64,000 bases of DNA from a candidate division WS2 bacterium ADurb.Bin280 (GTDB lineage Bacteria; Patescibacteriota; UBA1384; DTJR01). Position 1 is the first letter of the stretch. Each line of letters begins with the position of its first letter. The stretch spans positions 333-64,332 of the forward strand of contig MWBO01000008.1 of assembly GCA_002071685.1 (NCBI GenBank). Reading direction: 5' to 3'. The notes beneath the pieces are model-generated. The model searched no databases and was not told where the DNA came from. It saw only the letters and a list, made by a program, of their open reading frames with translations. The position numbers and the translations under genes were made by a program. Shown in pieces: positions 58,010 to 64,000 of this stretch.

Positions 58010-58914
58010 TTTACGATACAATAATTATCGGCGGAGGACCCTCGGGACTTACCGCGGCGATTTATCTTGGAAGGTACCAGAGAAAAGTTCTACTTTTGAC
58101 CGGCGATATAGGCGGTCAAACTTCAATAGCGGGAACACTTGAAAATTATCCGGGAATTTCACAAATCAACGGCTTTGAACTGGCAAACAATATGCTAAAT
58201 CAAGTAAAATCACTAGAAAATGTCGAAGTAAAAGTCGCCGAACCCGCAAAGAATATCTCCGTGTCGGATATGGTAACTATTACCACTGAAAAAGGGGATT
58301 ATGAAGCTAAAACTGCACTGATAGCTGCCGGCAAAAGACACAGAGAACTTGGACTTGATAATGAAAAGTCTCTTATCGGTAAGGGCGTCAGTTATTGTGC
58401 GACATGCGATGGACCTTTTGCCAAAGGCAAAGACGTCGTAATTATCGGGGGCGGATATGCAGCTACAGAAGCCGCTTTGATATTAGAAAAATTAGCGAAG
58501 TCCGTTGCCATTGTTAATATTGGCAAACAGCTCTCAGGCGAAACTCTCACTTTACAAAAAATCGAAAGCAACCCTTCGATAAAAGTAATAAACGAATCAT
58601 CTACTATTGAAATCACAGAAGAACAGGGAAGTGTCAGTGGGATAAAATACAAAAGAAATGATCAGGAGTTTCAAATTGAAGCAAAAATGATCTTTGTAGA
58701 GATAGGCCAGATACCAAATAGCGAAAATTTCAAAGACACAGTCGAATTAAATAAAGAAAACGAAATTATCATAGACGAAAATAACCAAACTTCTACAGAA
58801 AAAATTTACGCCGCCGGAGATATTACAAACATAAGCGCAAAGCAAACGATCGTTGCTTGTGGCGAAGGAGCAAAGGCGGCCATCCAAATTAATAAATTTC
58901 TCGAAAAAAACTAG
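58006..58914 (+). CDS. trxB: thioredoxin reductase
   Basis: FAD motif IIGGGPSGLTAA, redox CATCDG and an NADPH GGGYAA motif. The ATG at 58006 overlaps the gap stop (ATGA). The track start 57958 is rejected. Confidence 0.85.
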   Translation: MIYDTIIIGGGPSGLTAAIYLGRYQRKVLLLTGDIGGQTSIAGTLENYPGISQINGFELANNMLNQVKSLENVEVKVAEPAKNISVSDMVTITTEKGDYEAKTALIAAGKRHRELGLDNEKSLIGKGVSYCATCDGPFAKGKDVVIIGGGYAATEAALILEKLAKSVAIVNIGKQLSGETLTLQKIESNPSIKVINESSTIEITEEQGSVSGIKYKRNDQEFQIEAKMIFVEIGQIPNSENFKDTVELNKENEIIIDENNQTSTEKIYAAGDITNISAKQTIVACGEGAKAAIQINKFLEKN

Positions 58915-58952
58915 ATGTTTGACTTTTTTTACACTTCTGGTTCAATTCTTAT

Positions 58953-60206
58953 GTGATGAAAAATAACTTTTTGACTATTTTATTTTTGCTGGTAGTCGCT
59001 ATATATGCGGTATTGATAGCAATTCCCAAGACCCCGTCTTTCCTAGGAGATCGGAAGATGAATCTCGGACTTGATCTGCAGGGCGGAGTTCAGTTAATTT
59101 ATCAGATTGAAACTGAAAAACTCAAAGACAAAGACGAGAGTGAAGCGCAACAAGAGGCGATTGACCTAATTAGAAGACGGCTTGACAACGAATCTGTGTT
59201 TGGGGGAACGGGAGAGCAAAATATTCAAATGACAAGAATAGGGGACAAGCCCGGAATTATTGTTGAGCTTCCCGGTGTTCATGATATAGACAATGCCAAG
59301 GGAATTATTGGAAAAACTGCACAACTAAAATTTTACGAGCTTGACGAATCCGGAAATGAGAAGGAGACTGATCTGACCGGAGCAGATATCAAGAGGGCCG
59401 CATTCAACATCGACCAGACATCCAGTATCAGTGCATCTCCAATTATCGATCTGGAATTCACTCCAGAAGGAGCAAAAAAATTTAAAGAAATAACAAAAAG
59501 AAATATTGGCAAGGCCCTCGTAACGAAATTGGATGACGAAGTGATAAATACCGCCACTGTTCAGACAGAAATAGACGGCGGAAAAGCTGTCATCACGGGA
59601 CTAGAAAGCAAGCAAGAGGCAAAAGACACAGCCAGACTGATCAACGAAGGAGCGCTTCCTGCGCCCATCAAATTGGTGCAAGAAGGGCACGTGGGAGCAT
59701 CACTAGGACGTGACTCCATCGAAAAAAGTTTAATAGCGGGAATTTTCGGTATATTGCTTGTTGCAATTTTCATGGTGGTTTACTACAAAGGACTTGGATT
59801 AGTCGCCACGATTGCCTTAACACTTTACACCATAATTGTCGTAGCCATCTTCAAAATTCTCAATATTACAATGACAATTTCGGGCATAGCCGGCTTTATC
59901 TTCTCGATAGGAATTGCGGTCGATGCAAACATCCTGATCTTCGAAAGATTTAAAGAGGAGTTGAAGAAAAATCTTCCGCGAAAACAAGCACTTGAAAATT
60001 CCTTTAGCCGATCTTGGCCCAGCATCAGAGATTCAAATGCGGCCTCAATCATCACTGGGCTAGTTTTGTACTATCTGGCAGCGGGAACAGTAAAGGGATT
60101 TGCAGTAACATTGATTATTGGAATTTTGGCTTCACTTTTTACTTCCATAACTGTCACACGAAACATACTACGGTTTTTTGTAAAGGAGAGACATGCAAAT
60201 AATTAA
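58953..60206 (+). CDS. secD: protein translocase subunit SecD
   Basis: N-terminal TM, a periplasmic domain, and a C-terminal 5-TM SecD/F core (GIAVDANILIFERF). Confidence 0.85.
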   Translation: MMKNNFLTILFLLVVAIYAVLIAIPKTPSFLGDRKMNLGLDLQGGVQLIYQIETEKLKDKDESEAQQEAIDLIRRRLDNESVFGGTGEQNIQMTRIGDKPGIIVELPGVHDIDNAKGIIGKTAQLKFYELDESGNEKETDLTGADIKRAAFNIDQTSSISASPIIDLEFTPEGAKKFKEITKRNIGKALVTKLDDEVINTATVQTEIDGGKAVITGLESKQEAKDTARLINEGALPAPIKLVQEGHVGASLGRDSIEKSLIAGIFGILLVAIFMVVYYKGLGLVATIALTLYTIIVVAIFKILNITMTISGIAGFIFSIGIAVDANILIFERFKEELKKNLPRKQALENSFSRSWPSIRDSNAASIITGLVLYYLAAGTVKGFAVTLIIGILASLFTSITVTRNILRFFVKERHANN

Positions 60207-61083
60207 GTATTCAAAGATTTACCTAACTATAGCAGCACTGACCACTTTGGTAGGATTGATTGCAATCTTCACATTTAAACTGCCACTTGGAATCGATTTC
60301 ACTGGTGGCACAATGGTGGAGATAAAAACATCACAAGAAAAAAGTTCCACTCAAATAAGAGGGGAGATCTCAGAGTTTTACAAAAACAATCTTACAATAC
60401 AAAATTCAGGAGAGAATCAATTCATCATCAAGACATCGCCACTGGAGGAATCTCAGTTCAAAGAACTTGAAGAAAATCTGAAAAATAAATTGTCTGCTGA
60501 TATTTTGCGACATCAGCAAATAGGGGGTTCAATTGGATCAGCGACGACGACAAACGCGATTTATGCCATTATTCTTTCCGCGATATTTATCGTTATTTAT
60601 TTGTCTTGGGCATTTCGAAAAGTTCCAAGATCAGTCTCTCCTTGGGCTTTTGGAATTATCGCATTTGTTGCCCTTATTCACGATCTAAGCTTTTCGTTTG
60701 GACTATTTGCACTGATAGGTAAATATAGCGGGTTTGAGCTAGACAGTTCCATTCTTGTAGCGGCGCTAACCATCCTGGGTTTTTCGGTGCATGACACAAT
60801 CGTAGTTTTTGACAGATTGAGAGAAAACATTATCAGGTTTCCTCAAAAATCAATCGAGGAAAACACACAGTCCAGCTTGATGGAGACGCTTGCCAGATCA
60901 TTAAATACATCTTTGACGGCCTTGCTGGTATTAGTTTCGATGATCATACTGGGCGGGGAATCAATTAAGCCATTTATATTGTTTTTGGCTATCGGTATAG
61001 CAATAGGAACCTACAGTTCGATATTTATTGCCTCGCCAACATTGGTGCTATATCAAAACTACAAAGAGCGAAAAAAAGACTGA
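60193..61083 (+). CDS. secF: protein translocase subunit SecF
   Basis: SecD/F-family TM core (VHDTIVVFDRLREN). Overlaps secD by 14 nt. Confidence 0.85.
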   Translation: MQIIKYSKIYLTIAALTTLVGLIAIFTFKLPLGIDFTGGTMVEIKTSQEKSSTQIRGEISEFYKNNLTIQNSGENQFIIKTSPLEESQFKELEENLKNKLSADILRHQQIGGSIGSATTTNAIYAIILSAIFIVIYLSWAFRKVPRSVSPWAFGIIAFVALIHDLSFSFGLFALIGKYSGFELDSSILVAALTILGFSVHDTIVVFDRLRENIIRFPQKSIEENTQSSLMETLARSLNTSLTALLVLVSMIILGGESIKPFILFLAIGIAIGTYSSIFIASPTLVLYQNYKERKKD

Positions 61084-61219
61084 TACAGGAGACGGGGGAG
61101 TGGGGGAGTGGTAGAATTTTCCCGTTTTTTAATTATATTTAAATCACACCAACGGCGCTACTCAGCAAGGTATAATTCTATTAAATTTAAAAAACCTAGA
61201 AAATAATGCAATAAAAAAA

Positions 61220-61243
61220 ATCCTTTTTTTAAGGATATTTTTT
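61220..61243 (+). terminator. AT-rich hairpin ATCCTT-TTTTT-AAGGAT followed by TTTTTT
   Basis: 6-bp stem plus a U-tract, ~135 nt after secF. A weaker G-rich stem/U-tract sits at 61092-61130. Confidence 0.3.
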
Positions 61244-61825
61244 AAGTGATTTTTGAAAAATTAACACTCACTGACAACAGCAATTGAGATCTAGCACAAA
61301 TTGTCCACAAATTGTCTATGTGCTTACTTTGTTTTGACTTTTTTCATCAGCTCGTCAACTCAAAGGGCCAAAAATGCATGCTCTGCGGTCAATCTCGCAA
61401 ATTAAATTATAAACGATTCTGGGGCATCCTAGGGCCTCTAACAGGTATATTTACAAGTATTACGTTCGTAATATTAGATATAAAAAATGCCTTAATTGGG
61501 TTTTCAGGTGTCCAAATAATCAATCCACCGGACAATACAGCGTGACGGATAATTCAAAGAACAAGGCATAATAAAAGGGGTTTTTATAAGCTAAATTAGT
61601 ATTTAAAAAAGCATATTAAATACAATCATTTTTTATGCTTTCGATCAGTTTCAGCCACCTGTTTGTTTTAATTTATCAATTACGACGTAAAAGATATATT
61701 GTGCGACATCGTTAAAGAACACGAAAGCGCTTACAGTCCTGCTTACCGGTGTTGCCCTTGCTTAGTACTTATCCGCTTCCGTCACCGTCTCTTTTAGTGC
61801 CTTATTTTCCCCTTTATTTTCTCCT

Positions 61826-64000
61826 CTATTTCTCCTGCTTGGCTGTCGCCTTAGAATCTTTTTCTTTCGGCTCCTCTTTTTCCTCTTTTTTTGAGCCTTT
61901 TTCTGCCACTCCCCCGGCTTCCTCCTCCGGAGAAGATTTACCCGAGAGAGTTCTGAAATTTGTTCTGTTTATGAAATACCATTTATTTATGTCATAGTCT
62001 TCAGCGCTCTTATAACCCTGTAATTCTTTTGGTAATTCCTCCCCCTCCCCCGAATCTTGCGCTACTCCCCCGTCCGAATTGATTTGTTGATCAATTATTT
62101 CGTCTTTTTCTGCCACTCCCCCACCTTGCGCCTGATCCTTTTGTTTGTCATCGCTTTTTTTCTCTTTGTCCGATGCGGACTCCCCCTCTGCATTAGTACT
62201 TAATGACTGAGTGGCGGATGAACCAAGTGTTTTATTTGTTATCTGAACCTCCACCTCTTCTCTGGGCTTTGAGTATTTCTGTCTAGATGCCTCAATTATT
62301 CCTTCGACATTTTCACTCTTGGGGTAATTTGGTAAAAGTGTTTTTGATGAAAATGGCGTTGAAGTAACCCCATTGATAGCCATTTTGATATAAATATTGT
62401 AGTTATCTAAATTCGTCAGATCACCCGCTTCAAATACCGGTACGAATTCCCTCTGCAACGCCTCTGCGTCCCCCGCCCCGACTCTAAAGCAAATCAAAGT
62501 ACCCACATTGCCAAAAACAGCGTTCGCCACCGTTTCGGGCATCTGAGCGATGTACTGGTTTGTGACCATCAAGCTCAAGCCGTACTTCCTAGCTTCTGAC
62601 AAGATCACGGCAAAGGAATCAGTGGCAAAGTTTTGAAACTCGTCCACATACAGATAAAAAGGCACTCTTTGTTCTTTCGGCAAGTCAGCTCTGGTCATGG
62701 CCGCCATTTGAATCTTTGTAATCATCATCGAGCCCAAAAGAGCGCTGTTATCCTCCCCTATTTTTCCAATAGATAAATCAAGGAGTAAAATCTTGCTTGT
62801 ATCCATTATCTGCCTAATGTCTACGGTGCTCTTTTCTTGGCCGACGATATTTCTAATTACAGTTGACGAAAGAAACTGACCAACTTTATTCTGGATCGGC
62901 GCGACAGCTTCAGTTCTAAACTTCTGATCATATCTTTCAAATTCATTCAAAAAGAAATCTCTAATAATCGGATCGGATATTTTGTCTATCACGTCGCGAC
63001 GAAATTTTGTGTCTGTCAGAACCTTTAATATGCTCAAAAGTGTAGCGTCAGGATAATCAAGTAGACCCAAGACAACGTTTCTCAAAATATACTCAAGACG
63101 GGGACCCCACGACTCCCCAAAAATTTTCTTAAATACACTAACAATACCGGAGGAAACCAGATTCTTATATTCTGGATCAACACTCTCCAAAAGATTAAAC
63201 CCTATCGGGAAATTTCTATCTGCCGGCGAGAAGAAAACTACATCTTGCTCTCTCTCTTTGGGTATATAGTCGAGAACATCCCTGACAAGATCACCGTGTG
63301 GATCAACTACCGCCACTCCCCTGCCCTTATAAATATCGTCAAGTATCATTCCCGACAAAAGAGTAGATTTACCAGTACCGGTCTTCCCTATGGCATAAAC
63401 ATGAAGAGCTCTATCCTTCATTTTCAACCCGAAATTTTTCTCCGCTCCTCTGAAATTTGTTTTTCCTACGACGGTGACGTCATCATCTCCATTACCCTCT
63501 ATTACGGGTAAATTTTGTGGCGGCTCCCCTTTCTTGGCGCCCGCCCAGTCCATGGTTGGAGTGACGACGCTTTCACTGGGCAAGTGATAAATCGAAGCAA
63601 TTTCTTCAATGTTTAAAATAAATGGGTTTGTGCCCATCGCCCTTTGCTTGTATTGATTCAGTATCAAATCACCTTCGGTCGCAATCCCCTGTATCAGCCC
63701 ATTCATGTTAACCGTATTGTATTGCTTGAAGGCACCAACCACCGCATTTAATTTTCTTTTTGCTTTTGAATAATCCGAAGACGAACAGGCAATTCTGATA
63801 CTTGTCTTAAATCCAAGTTTTGTTGTCTTCTCTTCTATTCCCTTCAAGGCTAGTTGCATCGGTCCAGAAACCTCTTTTGCTTCCGGAGCAACGGGCGTTC
63901 CACTAGCTGTTGTTCGCCCCGAACTGATCACATCTCTTGCAAAAGATTTCCAAAATGACTCGCCCGGATCACGTCCGGCACGAATCGTTTTTGTGTAGTT
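61826..64000 (-). CDS. paralogous HerA/FtsK/VirB4/TrwB-superfamily ATPase with an acidic low-complexity C-terminal tail (5' end beyond window)
   Basis: Walker A GKTGTGKS, VVDPHGDL, Walker B YLYVDEFQNF and ICFRVGAGDAEAL. Alignable to 45637..47901 along its whole length. The N-terminal domain is ~155 aa shorter than in the paralog, so the gene continues past 64000. Confidence 0.75.
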   Translation of the reverse strand, partial: NYTKTIRAGRDPGESFWKSFARDVISSGRTTASGTPVAPEAKEVSGPMQLALKGIEEKTTKLGFKTSIRIACSSSDYSKAKRKLNAVVGAFKQYNTVNMNGLIQGIATEGDLILNQYKQRAMGTNPFILNIEEIASIYHLPSESVVTPTMDWAGAKKGEPPQNLPVIEGNGDDDVTVVGKTNFRGAEKNFGLKMKDRALHVYAIGKTGTGKSTLLSGMILDDIYKGRGVAVVDPHGDLVRDVLDYIPKEREQDVVFFSPADRNFPIGFNLLESVDPEYKNLVSSGIVSVFKKIFGESWGPRLEYILRNVVLGLLDYPDATLLSILKVLTDTKFRRDVIDKISDPIIRDFFLNEFERYDQKFRTEAVAPIQNKVGQFLSSTVIRNIVGQEKSTVDIRQIMDTSKILLLDLSIGKIGEDNSALLGSMMITKIQMAAMTRADLPKEQRVPFYLYVDEFQNFATDSFAVILSEARKYGLSLMVTNQYIAQMPETVANAVFGNVGTLICFRVGAGDAEALQREFVPVFEAGDLTNLDNYNIYIKMAINGVTSTPFSSKTLLPNYPKSENVEGIIEASRQKYSKPREEVEVQITNKTLGSSATQSLSTNAEGESASDKEKKSDDKQKDQAQGGGVAEKDEIIDQQINSDGGVAQDSGEGEELPKELQGYKSAEDYDINKWYFINRTNFRTLSGKSSPEEEAGGVAEKGSKKEEKEEPKEKDSKATAKQEK

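Noticed and set aside
61312-61545. 77-aa ORF between secF and the second ATPase
   Set aside because: No SD, an odd Cys/Leu-rich composition and no recognisable motif. It is left uncalled.
1-64000. Alternative genetic code (UGA=Gly as in Gracilibacteria/Absconditabacteria)
   Set aside because: TGA coincides with the natural ends of several conserved genes (typA, the gap/trxB ATGA overlap), so standard code 11 applies.

Overview
This is a low-GC (~35-40%), gene-dense stretch with mostly co-directional short genes and strong AGGAGG-like ribosome-binding sites. It uses the standard genetic code, since TGA stops coincide with gene ends. The gene content fits a streamlined CPR/Patescibacteria-like bacterium and is mostly core: pcm, msrB, msrA, typA, mreB, murA, nusA, clpC/B, rel, lexA, rpsU-yqeY-ybeY, ftsA-ftsZ, nrdR-nrdJ-cobO, trxA, a UvrD/Cas4-type helicase-nuclease, rmuC, gap, trxB, secDF, and a small sugar-kinase/amylomaltase block. 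The ORF track missed three short genes that I call here: bS21 rpsU (29452-29631), a 59-aa 4Fe-4S ferredoxin (45431-45610, minus strand) and a 36-aa hydrophobic peptide (47972-48082).

The accessory or unusual content is as follows.
- Three short high-GC (~60-65%) segments are embedded intergenically in the AT-rich backbone: 1-500, 7055-7453 and 44381-45310. Each carries its own gene; the third carries a 292-aa lipoprotein.
- Two paralogous ~700-750-aa P-loop ATPases of the HerA/FtsK/VirB4/TrwB superfamily share a novel ~330-aa N-terminal domain. One lies at 45637-47901; the other runs from 61826 to the window end and is 5'-truncated by the window. The first is co-transcribed with the ferredoxin.
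- A tandem pair of collagen-like (G-X-Y, Asn-rich) proteins with right-handed beta-helix heads (2068-4680) is wedged between msrB and msrA.
- A 572-aa protein (54926-56644) is packed with CxxC knuckles.
- A ~40-bp palindromic hairpin element recurs three times intact and once decayed, each time at a gene 3' end.
- Two intergenic regions are built from 7-bp-periodic tandem arrays (NNNGAAT, MATCTGK, GTTATNC, TTTTAAC).

The sequence also shows a consensus sigma70 promoter plus leader hairpin before nusA, and two NrdR boxes in the nrdR promoter. All calls rest on reading the sequence by eye; no database search was possible.
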